A stretch of DNA of 39,471 nucleotides from Eubacteriales bacterium (GTDB lineage Bacteria; Bacillota; Clostridia; Lachnospirales; Lachnospiraceae). The first letter of the stretch is position 1, and each line of letters starts with the position of its first letter. This document shows, piece after piece, positions 9,844 through 19,157 of the stretch. The notes under the pieces are model-generated. The model saw only the letters and a list, made by a program, of their open reading frames with translations, ran no database searches and was not told the DNA's origin. The position numbers and the translations under genes are program-made. Where the stretch lies: the NCBI GenBank assembly GCA_030523265.1, contig JAUNIU010000002.1, positions 1 through 39,471 of the forward strand. The letters are read 5' to 3'.

Positions 9844-9930
9844 AAAAATAACTCCCGGAACTTATGCCCGGTGGCGCAAACGGAACTCTCGTTTCGTTTC
9901 TCACCACCAGGCACACAGCTCCAGGAGCTA
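9844..9930 (-). terminator. Long (82-nt) hairpin plus U-tract downstream of phosphoketolase
   Basis: Three stacked helices closed by a GAGA loop, followed by TTTTT on the minus strand. Confidence 0.75.
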
Positions 9931-9963
9931 TACTGGTTTCAGAAATCATTTAGAAATCTTATA

Positions 9964-12369
9964 TTAGTTGGTATGCCACTCCCAATCACGAATCTCCGGC
10001 AGATCCTGACCATACTCTGCAATATACTGCTTGTGCTCTACTAACTTGTCGTTCATCTGCTGAATCAGATAAGATCCCTTGTTGCCAAGCTGTGGCAGAT
10101 GCATGATGGCATCCTTCACCAGATTGAAACGGTCGATCTCATTTTGCACACGCATATCAAATGGAGTGGTGATGGTACCTTCCTCCTGATACCCATGTAC
10201 GGAGATATTAGTATTATGACGGCCATACGTCAACTCATGAATCAGCGTTGGATAACCATGGAATGCAAAGATAATTGGCTTATCCTTCGTAAACAATGCA
10301 TCGTATTCACGATCCGACAGTCCATGCGGATGCTTGGTGTCAGACTCCAGTTTGAACAGGTCAACCACATTGATCACACGAATCTTTAAGTCTGGCATAG
10401 CGTCACGCAAAATCGTGGTAGCAGCCATAATCTCCAAAGTAGGTGTGTCACCACAGCCTGCCAATACCAAGTCCGGCTCTTCGTTCTGATCGTTACTTGC
10501 CCATTCCCATACACCGATACCCTGTGTACAATGCTTGACTGCCTGCTCCATCGTCAGCCATTGTGTGCTTGGATGCTTAGAAGCCACGATCGCATTGACA
10601 TAATTCTTACTCTTGATACAGTGATCGAAGCAGGACAATAGACAGTTGGTATCTGGTGGCAGATACATACGTACCACATCTGCCTTCTTGTTGGCAATAT
10701 GATCTAAGAAGCCCGGATCCTGATGGGTAAATCCATTATGATCCTGCTGCCATACATTGGAGGTCAGAATAAAGTTCAACGAAGCGATAGGCTGTCTCCA
10801 GGAAAGCTGATTGGTCACCTTTAACCACTTCGCATGCTGCGCTGCCATGGAATCCACGATACGGATAAATGCCTCATAGCTGGCAAAGAATCCGTGACGT
10901 CCTGTCAACAGATAGCCCTCCAGCCAGCCTTCACACATATGCTCAGACAGCATACCATCCATGATACGCCCATCCTGGGAAAGATTATCATCATCGCTAT
11001 ACATGGTAGCATTCCAAGGACGATTCTCTGTCTCAAATACATGGTACAGACGGTTTGACATAGACTCATCCGGTCCAAAGATACGGAAGTTCTTATTTTC
11101 TTTATTCAGATTAAAGATATCACGGATGTATCCACCTAACTCGATCATATCCTGTGCTTTGGTCTTGCCTGCCTCTACCTCGATACCGTATTCACGGAAA
11201 TCCGGTAAACGCAGATCCTTCAACAGCAGACCACCATTTGCATGTGGATTCGCACCCATACGGGCATCTCCCTTTGGTGTCAATTCTGTGATCTCCGGCA
11301 AAACATGTCCATTCTCATCAAACAACTCCTCCGGCTTGTAGCTCATGAGCCAGTCTTTTAACTGATCCAGATGCTCTGGTGCCTCCATCGACATCGGAAC
11401 CTGATGCGCACGGAAAGAACCTTCGATCCGGTTACCATCCACTACCTTTGGTCCGGTCCATCCCTTCGGTGTACGCAGGATAATCATCGGCCATGCCGGT
11501 CTGGTTGCATCCTTATTTTCACGGGCATTCTTCTGAATGTCCTTGATTTTCTCGATACAAAGATCCATAGTCTCTGCCATTAATTTATGCATGGCAATGT
11601 GATCCTCTGCATCGATACCGTCATTTGCCTCATCTTTTACCTCTACAAAATGTGGTTCCCAGCCACATCCCTTAAAGAAATTTTCGATCTCCTCATGGGA
11701 CATACGGGAAAATACGGTAGGATTACTGATCTTATATCCATTCAGGTGAAGGATCGGGAATACCGCACCATCATTGATCGGATTTAAGAATTTATTAGAC
11801 TGCCAAGAAGTAGCCAACGGTCCTGTCTCAGACTCACCATCACCCACCACTGGCACTGCGATCAGATCCGGATTATCAAACACCGCACCAAAAGCATGGG
11901 CGATGGAATATCCTAACTCACCCCCCTCATTGATAGACCCCGGAGTCTCTGGAGCACAATGGCTAGGTACACCACAAGGGAATGAGAACTGCTTGAACAT
12001 CTTCTTCATACCCTCTTCATCCTGACTGATGTTAGGATAAACTTCACTATAGGTTCCCTCCAGATAGGTATTTGCGATCTGGAAGTTTCCGCCATGACCA
12101 GGACCAGACAGATAAATCATGTCCAAATCATAACGTTTGATGACACGGTTACAATGTGTCCAGATAAAATTCTGTCCAGGGACGGTTCCCCAGTGCCCTA
12201 CGATCTTTTTCTTCACATGCTCCATCGTCAATGGCTCACGTAATAATGGATTGTCCAACAGATATAACTGTCCGGCAGACAGATAATTTGCCGCACGCCA
12301 ATACTTTTCCATTTTCTCCAGCATCTCCTGACCGAGAGGCTGCTTCTCTAAGCAAGTAGTTTCGCTCAT
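9964..12369 (-). CDS. xfp: Phosphoketolase (xylulose-5-P/fructose-6-P)
   Basis: [33 protein letters not shown] motif [32 protein letters not shown]; RBS AAAGGAG. Confidence 0.97.
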   Translation of the reverse strand: MSETTCLEKQPLGQEMLEKMEKYWRAANYLSAGQLYLLDNPLLREPLTMEHVKKKIVGHWGTVPGQNFIWTHCNRVIKRYDLDMIYLSGPGHGGNFQIANTYLEGTYSEVYPNISQDEEGMKKMFKQFSFPCGVPSHCAPETPGSINEGGELGYSIAHAFGAVFDNPDLIAVPVVGDGESETGPLATSWQSNKFLNPINDGAVFPILHLNGYKISNPTVFSRMSHEEIENFFKGCGWEPHFVEVKDEANDGIDAEDHIAMHKLMAETMDLCIEKIKDIQKNARENKDATRPAWPMIILRTPKGWTGPKVVDGNRIEGSFRAHQVPMSMEAPEHLDQLKDWLMSYKPEELFDENGHVLPEITELTPKGDARMGANPHANGGLLLKDLRLPDFREYGIEVEAGKTKAQDMIELGGYIRDIFNLNKENKNFRIFGPDESMSNRLYHVFETENRPWNATMYSDDDNLSQDGRIMDGMLSEHMCEGWLEGYLLTGRHGFFASYEAFIRIVDSMAAQHAKWLKVTNQLSWRQPIASLNFILTSNVWQQDHNGFTHQDPGFLDHIANKKADVVRMYLPPDTNCLLSCFDHCIKSKNYVNAIVASKHPSTQWLTMEQAVKHCTQGIGVWEWASNDQNEEPDLVLAGCGDTPTLEIMAATTILRDAMPDLKIRVINVVDLFKLESDTKHPHGLSDREYDALFTKDKPIIFAFHGYPTLIHELTYGRHNTNISVHGYQEEGTITTPFDMRVQNEIDRFNLVKDAIMHLPQLGNKGSYLIQQMNDKLVEHKQYIAEYGQDLPEIRDWEWHTN

Positions 12370-12415
12370 AATAACTGTTTCTCCTTTCGTGTAGATCCAA
12401 AATTAGCCAAGGGTT

Positions 12416-12444
12416 ATTATAAAGGTAAATGTTGGGAAATTCAA
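12416..12444 (-). promoter_or_regulatory. SigA promoter of xfp
   Basis: TTGAAT-17 bp-TATAAT on the minus strand; the -35 sits inside the inverted repeat GGGAAATTC...GAATTTCCC (12434-12464). Confidence 0.75.
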
Positions 12445-12466
12445 GGTTTCTAATGGAATTTCCCGG

Positions 12467-13330
12467 TCACGGTGTAAACTCCCGGCTATGCGCCATGAAA
12501 AAATCATAATATGAACGGACATTGGATAGTTCTGTCCACTTACTGGTACACATCTTCTCCTGGTCCAAATCGTAGATCTTGGCATGTTCCATCGCCAACA
12601 AAAAGGGGGAATGTGTGGCTATGATAAACTGACAACCAAAGAATCTGGCAGAATCCTCTATAAATTTCACAAGTTCCTGCTGGCGTTTCGGAGAAAGACT
12701 ATTCTCTGGCTCATCCAACAGATACAAACCGTTCTCCTGGATCTTATCTGTAAAATACAAATATGCAGTTTCTCCATTGGAATGCTCCCGCACATTATTA
12801 TTCAACTGATTTTTGACATACTTGGACTTGGATAACCGTCTGGCTTGATTGACCTTGACCAGTTGGTCATAATCCTCTATGGAATGTAATTGAAAACCTG
12901 AGGTTCTATCCTGATAATATTCCTCAAATAGCTCACTTCTTTTGACATCGATCCCCTCATTGAGACCCCGGATATTCAACATAAAATCAAACACATCATC
13001 ACTGGTAATGATCCGGCTTCCCTCCGGCAGACTGCGGATCAACACATGTTCACACATCTTCACATAATCTGCAAAAAAGTTCGTCTTATTGTATAACGCG
13101 TCTCTCTGCAGTTTCAGACATTCCGCAATCACATTCAATGCCGTCGTCTTACCGGAACCATTTCCGCCATATAATATCGTGACGGATTCATCCAAGTTCA
13201 GGGTATGGACCTGATGCTTCGGTAATACCTGAAAGGGATAATAGGTGGAATAGCAGGTTTCCCGGATCCCATGCAAAAAATTCTCTTCCATGTCGATGGA
13301 AGGAAAAATAAACTGTGATAGATAAATCAT
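12467..13330 (-). CDS. Stand-alone AAA/ABC-like ATPase (COG3910-like)
   Basis: VTILYGGNGSGKTT, SNGE, GLYLLDEPENSLSPKRQ, QFIIATHSPFLLA; no TM segments. Confidence 0.85.
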   Translation of the reverse strand: MIYLSQFIFPSIDMEENFLHGIRETCYSTYYPFQVLPKHQVHTLNLDESVTILYGGNGSGKTTALNVIAECLKLQRDALYNKTNFFADYVKMCEHVLIRSLPEGSRIITSDDVFDFMLNIRGLNEGIDVKRSELFEEYYQDRTSGFQLHSIEDYDQLVKVNQARRLSKSKYVKNQLNNNVREHSNGETAYLYFTDKIQENGLYLLDEPENSLSPKRQQELVKFIEDSARFFGCQFIIATHSPFLLAMEHAKIYDLDQEKMCTSKWTELSNVRSYYDFFMAHSREFTP

Positions 13331-13344
13331 CTGTCATTCATCCC

Positions 13345-15210
13345 CTAATCGTAATATTCCAGTAACTTCTTTAAGTCCGCGATATCTTCCATGATCTGTT
13401 TGCCATTATCCGAATCCCGGACCATCACCCGCGCCTGCTCGGTTTCCACCAGCCGGGAGTCTGATTCAATATCTTTATTCTCCCGCAATGCCTGATACAC
13501 ACTTTCAAAAGGCTGATGTGCCTTGATGCGCAGTCCATGGGAATTATAAATCAAGGTATATCCTGCGATCCCTGTGGTCTTGTGATAATCTTTACAAAAA
13601 CCTCCATCGATCACCAACAGTTTCCCATTCGCCCGAATCGGCTGTTCCCCCTCACTGGTTTTCACAGGGGTATGCCCGTTAATAATATGCGACATTTCCG
13701 AAAACAAACCAAATTCCCGTAAAATCATATGACAAATCTTCTCTTCGTGATAATATCTGTAATATGGATTGGACTCCTCCACCCATGCCGCCTTATCATC
13801 CAGAAATGTTCTCTCAAAGGTTTTGATATTTCTGCCACACAGCGGCGACTGTCTCCCGGACCACAGATACCACATAAAATCCTGGGCATCCGCATCCTGC
13901 TGGTGAATATATGCCCGTCTCGCCACTTTATCCGCATAATCCAGATAAGATTTTCCCTGATAAATTTCTCCTTCCATCTCCACACCCTCGAAATTACCAG
14001 TCTCATCCATGGGAATACAGCCGTGATATAACAGATTCCCATTAAATATACGGTACATACTTCCCTTCTCGTACAGAAATCGAATGTGCTTCTGTAAGCG
14101 GACACTGTTGAGGAATGCCGCCCGCAGTTCCTCCATCACCGTCTGTTCCCCCGCCGAGAGTTGATAAACATCCTGCGCATCCAGCGTAGGAAAATCCAAA
14201 TCATTCATGGCATACGACTGCTCCTCTACCAGCACCGTTCCTGCCTCAAAATCAATCCGATGCAGCAACATTCTGTCATCCATATGATACTCTGGATGCC
14301 GTCTTATGATTTGCCCCTCCAGTTTGAATAAAATCACGGAGACTGCTTTTAAAGCAGCCTCCATGGGATCTTCCTGCTGATACGTATTCGCGCCAAACAA
14401 TGTCAGAGAACGCAGGCTGATTCCATAACCGCTTTCCAAAATATCGGTATTGTGATATTTCAGATTATTGCGGATCACATTGGCGATACAAGCCATACTG
14501 CCAGATGCAGCCCCCATCCATAGGATATCGTGATTCCCCCACTCGATATCCAGTGAATGATGTCGCTGAAGCAAATCCAGTATCTTATCCGCATACGGTC
14601 CTCTGTCAAAAATATCCCCTACAATATGCAAATGGTCCACTGCCAATTGTTTAATCAGCGCGGATAATGCGATAATAAATTCGTCCGCATTGTGTATATC
14701 CAGTATCGTATCAATGATTTTGCGGTGATACAGTACCTGATTATCGTCCTCATCTTTCTGCACATGGAGAAGCTCATCAATGATATATGCAAAATCCTCC
14801 GGCATCGCCTTTCGCACCTTCGATCTGGTATATTTTGAGGACAATAATTTTGCGATCTCGATTAATTGGTTCAGTGTCATCCGGTACCAATCCTCCGACA
14901 AGGTACCCGCTTCCTGCAACATATCCAGCCTTTCTCTTGGATAATAAATCAAAGTACAGATTTCCTGCTGCTCCAAATCCGTCAAAGAGTCGTGGAATAA
15001 TAGACTTACTTTTTCCCGGATCACACCGGAACAATTATTGAGAATATGATAAAATGCCTCATATTCTCCATGCAAATCACTCATGAAATGCTCGGTTCCC
15101 TTGGGCAGATTCAAAATCGCATTCAGATTAATAATCTCTCTACAAACAGCCTGTTTGGAAGGATATTTCTCCGCCAATAATTTTAAGTATTTCTTATCCT
15201 GCAAATCCAT
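13345..15210 (-). CDS. fbp: Fructose-1,6-bisphosphatase class III
   Basis: NLPKGTEHFMSDLHGEYEAF, VDHLHIVGDIFDRG, WGNHD, IINGHTPVK, VIDGGF, TTGIAGYTLIYNS. Confidence 0.95.
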   Translation of the reverse strand: MDLQDKKYLKLLAEKYPSKQAVCREIINLNAILNLPKGTEHFMSDLHGEYEAFYHILNNCSGVIREKVSLLFHDSLTDLEQQEICTLIYYPRERLDMLQEAGTLSEDWYRMTLNQLIEIAKLLSSKYTRSKVRKAMPEDFAYIIDELLHVQKDEDDNQVLYHRKIIDTILDIHNADEFIIALSALIKQLAVDHLHIVGDIFDRGPYADKILDLLQRHHSLDIEWGNHDILWMGAASGSMACIANVIRNNLKYHNTDILESGYGISLRSLTLFGANTYQQEDPMEAALKAVSVILFKLEGQIIRRHPEYHMDDRMLLHRIDFEAGTVLVEEQSYAMNDLDFPTLDAQDVYQLSAGEQTVMEELRAAFLNSVRLQKHIRFLYEKGSMYRIFNGNLLYHGCIPMDETGNFEGVEMEGEIYQGKSYLDYADKVARRAYIHQQDADAQDFMWYLWSGRQSPLCGRNIKTFERTFLDDKAAWVEESNPYYRYYHEEKICHMILREFGLFSEMSHIINGHTPVKTSEGEQPIRANGKLLVIDGGFCKDYHKTTGIAGYTLIYNSHGLRIKAHQPFESVYQALRENKDIESDSRLVETEQARVMVRDSDNGKQIMEDIADLKKLLEYYD

Positions 15211-15263
15211 AATCCCCTCACCTTTCCTCTCATTTCCAAAAAAGCATATTGCATACCGACCGC

Positions 15264-16988
15264 TTATTTCGTCTTTCCCTTATTCCCTTTTAACTTTGCT
15301 TTCTTCTTGGTACTGCCATTCCAGATGCCATGATGGGTACATTTTTTGATGGTATTGTTTGTAATCCAATAGACTACACCGCCAGTCACAATGGATACCC
15401 CATTCTTTTTGATGCCTTTGATCTTGTTTTTGTGAATGGCAGATACGGTTCCTTTCCGGGATACGCTGACACCATTCTGTTTACAATTCGTAATTACATT
15501 ATTGATGATGCCTTTGGAACGCTTTTTTCCCACACCCACCGTTCCTCCGGTAATGGAAATACCGTGTTTCTTCACATTGTTAATGGTATTATCACTCAGA
15601 AGCTTGATCTTTCCTTTATCTAACGTGATGCCATCATGCTTCACCTTCGTAATAGTATTGCCCGTCATAGAAGTAATGGTCACACCACCCGTGACAGAGA
15701 TGCCATGTTTCTTGATATCATTGATGGTGTTATTGCTGACGGTCTTAATCTTTCCTTTGCCGATGGATATCCCATTTTGCTTCGACTTGGTGACTGTATT
15801 CCCAGTCAGGGAAGTCAGCGAACCACCACCGATGGATATACCATGTTTCGCTGTATTGGTAATGGTATTGCCGGAAATCGTTTTCGCAGTTCCTGCATCC
15901 ATCATGATGCCATTCTGAGTGCTGTTTGACACAACATTCCCGGAGACTGTCACATTATCTGCCTGTGTAATATGAATACCAAACCGGTATGGCCCCGTCA
16001 CTTTGTTATTGACGATCTGGACATTATTCATACCACCACAGGTAATGGCTGTCTTGCAGTATTTCCACTGTGAGGAACAGGTGATGGTATTATTGGAAAT
16101 CGTAATATCCTGATTGTGATACTTCCCATTGCTGGTATAATGATGCTGCCCTACTCCACACGGCATATCGATAATGGTGTTTCCCGTCACCGTAACCTGC
16201 TGGCAGGAAGTTCCATCCACCACCGAACCATTCGCCCACAACGCATCCAAATCTTTTTTATTCTTAGGATTGTTGGTCCAGGCTGTCTCTAACTGTATCG
16301 CTTCTCTGGCAAACAAAAAATTCTTTTCTTTACCCTTGCGATAGCGGAATCCCGTCAGAGTACATCCACTGATGCTTCCGTTCTTTATCCCGACAAACTC
16401 GATCAGATGGCAGTCATACACGTTTTTGATGGTACAATTCTTCACAACGATATTGGTGGCGTGGTCAAACCGGATCACATCGGTAGCTTCTTTTGCTTTC
16501 GCAATATTTCCGCCATCCCAGGTACCACCCTCGATCGTGATATTCTGGGACATCTTGTATCCCCCCACCGCATCCATTCTGCCATTTTGATCTACATTAT
16601 GCAGGATCATGCGGTCAAGCATGCTGTCCATTCGGTGGATCGTTGCATCTTTATCCAGAATAATGTGTGTATTGGAATATACACGCATGGATTTATCCAG
16701 ATAATAATCCCCGGCCGGAAAATAAATCGTGATCTGTTTGCTGGCTCCCTTTGCAAATGTCAGAATATTCTGAATCGCCTGCGCATCCGATTTTTTATCC
16801 TTGGCGTTGACACCATATTGTGGATCTGTCACCACATAATCATAGGCGGTTTCTTCCGCAGACACCTGTCTCGCTCCCAGAAACAGAATCATTCCCATCA
16901 GGCAGACGGCACTCACCCGAACCATTCCTGTCACCGCGGACACAATCCCGCCTTTTCTCTGTCGTAATACGTTTTTTCGTTGCAACAT
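15264..16988 (-). CDS. Secreted right-handed parallel beta-helix (pectin-lyase-like) repeat protein
   Basis: Signal peptide ending VSA; DAQAIQ...IYFPAGDY N-terminal motif; many 22-24 aa repeats of type GISIxxGxxxxxxxNTIxxxKxH. Confidence 0.85.
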   Translation of the reverse strand: MLQRKNVLRQRKGGIVSAVTGMVRVSAVCLMGMILFLGARQVSAEETAYDYVVTDPQYGVNAKDKKSDAQAIQNILTFAKGASKQITIYFPAGDYYLDKSMRVYSNTHIILDKDATIHRMDSMLDRMILHNVDQNGRMDAVGGYKMSQNITIEGGTWDGGNIAKAKEATDVIRFDHATNIVVKNCTIKNVYDCHLIEFVGIKNGSISGCTLTGFRYRKGKEKNFLFAREAIQLETAWTNNPKNKKDLDALWANGSVVDGTSCQQVTVTGNTIIDMPCGVGQHHYTSNGKYHNQDITISNNTITCSSQWKYCKTAITCGGMNNVQIVNNKVTGPYRFGIHITQADNVTVSGNVVSNSTQNGIMMDAGTAKTISGNTITNTAKHGISIGGGSLTSLTGNTVTKSKQNGISIGKGKIKTVSNNTINDIKKHGISVTGGVTITSMTGNTITKVKHDGITLDKGKIKLLSDNTINNVKKHGISITGGTVGVGKKRSKGIINNVITNCKQNGVSVSRKGTVSAIHKNKIKGIKKNGVSIVTGGVVYWITNNTIKKCTHHGIWNGSTKKKAKLKGNKGKTK

Positions 16989-17138
16989 ACTCCATCCTCT
17001 CTTTCCTTATACTCCTGATACGCCTGACACCCACAGACACCGACCCGGCTTCCCTGCCGGCCACCATCCATTCAGATATCAACAATCATTATCAGTATAA
17101 CATAGCAGCACAGGCATTTCCAGAGAAATCACTGTTGT

Positions 17139-17897
17139 TTATATAAGCTGGTACACGACTGCAAATACCACAATAGCGACAAATAAAAGAATACATATCC
17201 AACGTCCCACCTTCCGAAGTTTCCCAGCCAGACCAGCATGCCTCTTAGCCAGAAAATACAACGGCAGTTCCCATGCGGAATAGATCAAAACCGTTACCAG
17301 CGGGAAAGAAAAGCCCGTCAGGAAAGGCCGGATGCCAGCCTCCCTGTTCAACACCATTTCTACGATTCCCAGAAAAACGCATAACCCCAGCACACGTAAC
17401 ACTGCTTCCCGCAAATTGTATAATAAATTACCTTCTTCATCCGCCAAATCAAAATATTTCCAGACCAGTTTTTTCTCAACCTGAACCACATCGCCCGTAA
17501 TATTCAGGAAACGGTTTCCTTTCGTTTCTTCCTGATGAATCTGCGCCCAGTAAAATTCAGTGTCAAACGCGGCCAGTTCCTCCTGATGTTCCTGAATCCG
17601 TTTACAGAGCCGTATCGCCCCGCGAAGCTCCTCTATCTCCTGCTGCAGCTGTATCACATTCCTCCCGGCTGCCCCGGCCAGAGACTGCGTACCTTCAAAT
17701 ACATTTGCAATATCTGACACGCTCATCCCCAGTTTCCGCATAATAATAATCTGTTTCAATGTCTCAACATCCGTCTCACTGTACTCCCGGTATCCGTTCC
17801 CCCCGCGCTGTGGTGCAATTAGTTTTTCCTTTTCATAATACCGGATCGTGGCCCGGGGTACTCCGATCTCTAATTCTACCTCTTTAATCGTCATCAT
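17139..17897 (-). CDS. MerR-family regulator with a C-terminal membrane domain
   Basis: TIKEVELEIGVPRATIRYYEKEKLIAPQR..NGYREY HTH and coiled coil, followed by about three hydrophobic helices. Confidence 0.9.
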   Translation of the reverse strand: MMTIKEVELEIGVPRATIRYYEKEKLIAPQRGGNGYREYSETDVETLKQIIIMRKLGMSVSDIANVFEGTQSLAGAAGRNVIQLQQEIEELRGAIRLCKRIQEHQEELAAFDTEFYWAQIHQEETKGNRFLNITGDVVQVEKKLVWKYFDLADEEGNLLYNLREAVLRVLGLCVFLGIVEMVLNREAGIRPFLTGFSFPLVTVLIYSAWELPLYFLAKRHAGLAGKLRKVGRWICILLFVAIVVFAVVYQLI

Positions 17898-17937
17898 ACT
17901 TCTCCCTTCATTGTATTAAACTCCTGAAATCCCCCAT

Positions 17938-17968
17938 ATCATAAGCTGTAAAGCTGGTTTACAGTCAA
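17938..17968 (-). promoter_or_regulatory. MerR-type promoter/operator
   Basis: TTGACT-19 bp-TATGAT with a perfect dyad CTGTAAA-N5-TTTACAG (17946-17964) in the spacer. Confidence 0.88.
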
Positions 17969-17988
17969 TACTTTTCTTTAACAAAATA

Positions 17989-18038
17989 AAAACGCAGTGA
18001 AAAATTGCATCGCATTTCTGTCATTTTCACTACGTTTT
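17989..18038 (-). terminator. Probable intrinsic terminator
   Basis: 15-bp inverted repeat AAAACGTAGTGAAAA / TTTTCACTGCGTTTT (one G-U pair on the minus strand) followed by a U-rich tract. Confidence 0.6.
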
Positions 18039-18054
18039 CATTTTTTCTTATTTT

Positions 18055-18083
18055 AGTATAACAATTTCGGATAAAGCGGACAA
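18055..18083 (-). promoter_or_regulatory. Probable SigA promoter
   Basis: TTGTCC-17 bp-TATACT with an extended TG motif. Confidence 0.55.
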
Positions 18084-18100
18084 GTGTTCTCATTTCATTA

Positions 18101-18137
18101 TCACTCATAAATAATTCCAGTAATCATTTATGAGTGA
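18101..18137. repeat. 12-bp perfect inverted repeat
   Basis: TCACTCATAAAT-N13-ATTTATGAGTGA. Confidence 0.8.
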
Positions 18138-18154
18138 CACTTCCTTTGTTTTCA

Positions 18155-18229
18155 CTAATTTACATATAATTTTGCCGCTTCTGTGAATTGAACATATTTT
18201 TCTTCTACAGCCGGAATCCATACCTCACT
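18155..18229 (-). pseudogene. Possible 3' remnant of a GyrI-like/AraC effector-domain gene
   Basis: Translates as SEVWIPAVEEKYVQFTEAAKLYVN*, resembling the C-terminus SEIWVPVVKK* of the gene at 24423. Confidence 0.4.
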
Positions 18230-18266
18230 GACAGAAAGACGGTTTTTACGATATTTCTCTTTCATA

Positions 18267-19046
18267 TCATCCAAGTGCCACATCCAGAGCCAGCATAAGC
18301 GTAAATCCTATCGTGAAAAAAATAGTTCCCAGATTCGAATGTTTCCCCTGAGACATTTCCGGAATCAATTCCTCTACCACCACATAATTCATAGCGCCCG
18401 CCGCAAATCCCAAAAGATACGGCAGGGCAGGCACAATAAGTCCTGCTGCCCAAACGGTCAGGAGTGCCGCCAACGGTTCTACGACACCAGATAGTACGCC
18501 CCACAAAAAGGCCTCTCTCTTTTTCATCCCTTCTGCCCACAGCGGCATCGAGATAATTGCCCCCTCTGGAAAATTCTGTATGGCAATACCGATGGCAAGA
18601 GTCAAAGCGCCTGCCATGGTAATCGTCTCGTTTCCAGCTCTCCAGCCTGCATATACTACGCCAACCGCCATTCCCTCCGGAATATTGTGAATTGCCACCG
18701 CCAGTACCAGCATTGTGGTTTTCTTTATGGCAACTTTAGGTCCCTCCGGCTCGTCACTGCCCTGATGCAAATGCGGGATCGTCCGGTCCAAAAATAACAG
18801 AAACAGTATCCCCAACCAGAATCCGATCACTGCCGGCATAAATGCCAGATGCCCCAGATGAACCGCCTGATCCATCGAAGGAATCAACAAACTCCACACG
18901 GAAGCTGCCACCATGACGCCCGCCGCAAACCCCACCAGCGCACGCTGCACCATCGCATTCAGTTTATTCTTGAGAAACAATACACAGCCAGATCCTAATA
19001 CCGTTCCCAAAAACGGGATCATAATACCCTGAATCACTTTGTCCAT
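18267..19046 (-). CDS. ZIP family divalent metal transporter (ZupT/GufA-like)
   Basis: GFAAGVMVAASVWSLLIP, IPHLH, HNIPEG, QNFPEG, SGVVEP, VEELIPE. AAGGAG lies upstream of MDKV (an alternative ATG is at 19055). Confidence 0.93.
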   Translation of the reverse strand: MDKVIQGIMIPFLGTVLGSGCVLFLKNKLNAMVQRALVGFAAGVMVAASVWSLLIPSMDQAVHLGHLAFMPAVIGFWLGILFLLFLDRTIPHLHQGSDEPEGPKVAIKKTTMLVLAVAIHNIPEGMAVGVVYAGWRAGNETITMAGALTLAIGIAIQNFPEGAIISMPLWAEGMKKREAFLWGVLSGVVEPLAALLTVWAAGLIVPALPYLLGFAAGAMNYVVVEELIPEMSQGKHSNLGTIFFTIGFTLMLALDVALG

Positions 19047-19074
19047 TCGTTCCATCTCCTTTATAGTAAAAAAT

Positions 19075-19115
19075 AGGGTGTCAAACCGTCCACCTAACAG
19101 GACATTTGACACCCT
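19075..19115 (-). terminator. Terminator after the ABC exporter pair
   Basis: AGGGTGTCAAA...TTTGACACCCT 11-bp stem with inner pairing, followed by ATTTTTT on the minus strand. Confidence 0.75.
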
Positions 19116-19157
19116 GATTCTACTATAAGATGACATCCAGGTCAAAAAGCACGAAAT

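Noticed and set aside
19047-19145. N-terminal extension of the ZIP ORF in the track (likewise the extensions at 2850, 6626, 22980 and 33325)
   Set aside because: The extensions run through terminators or intergenic DNA, and downstream ATGs have SD sequences.
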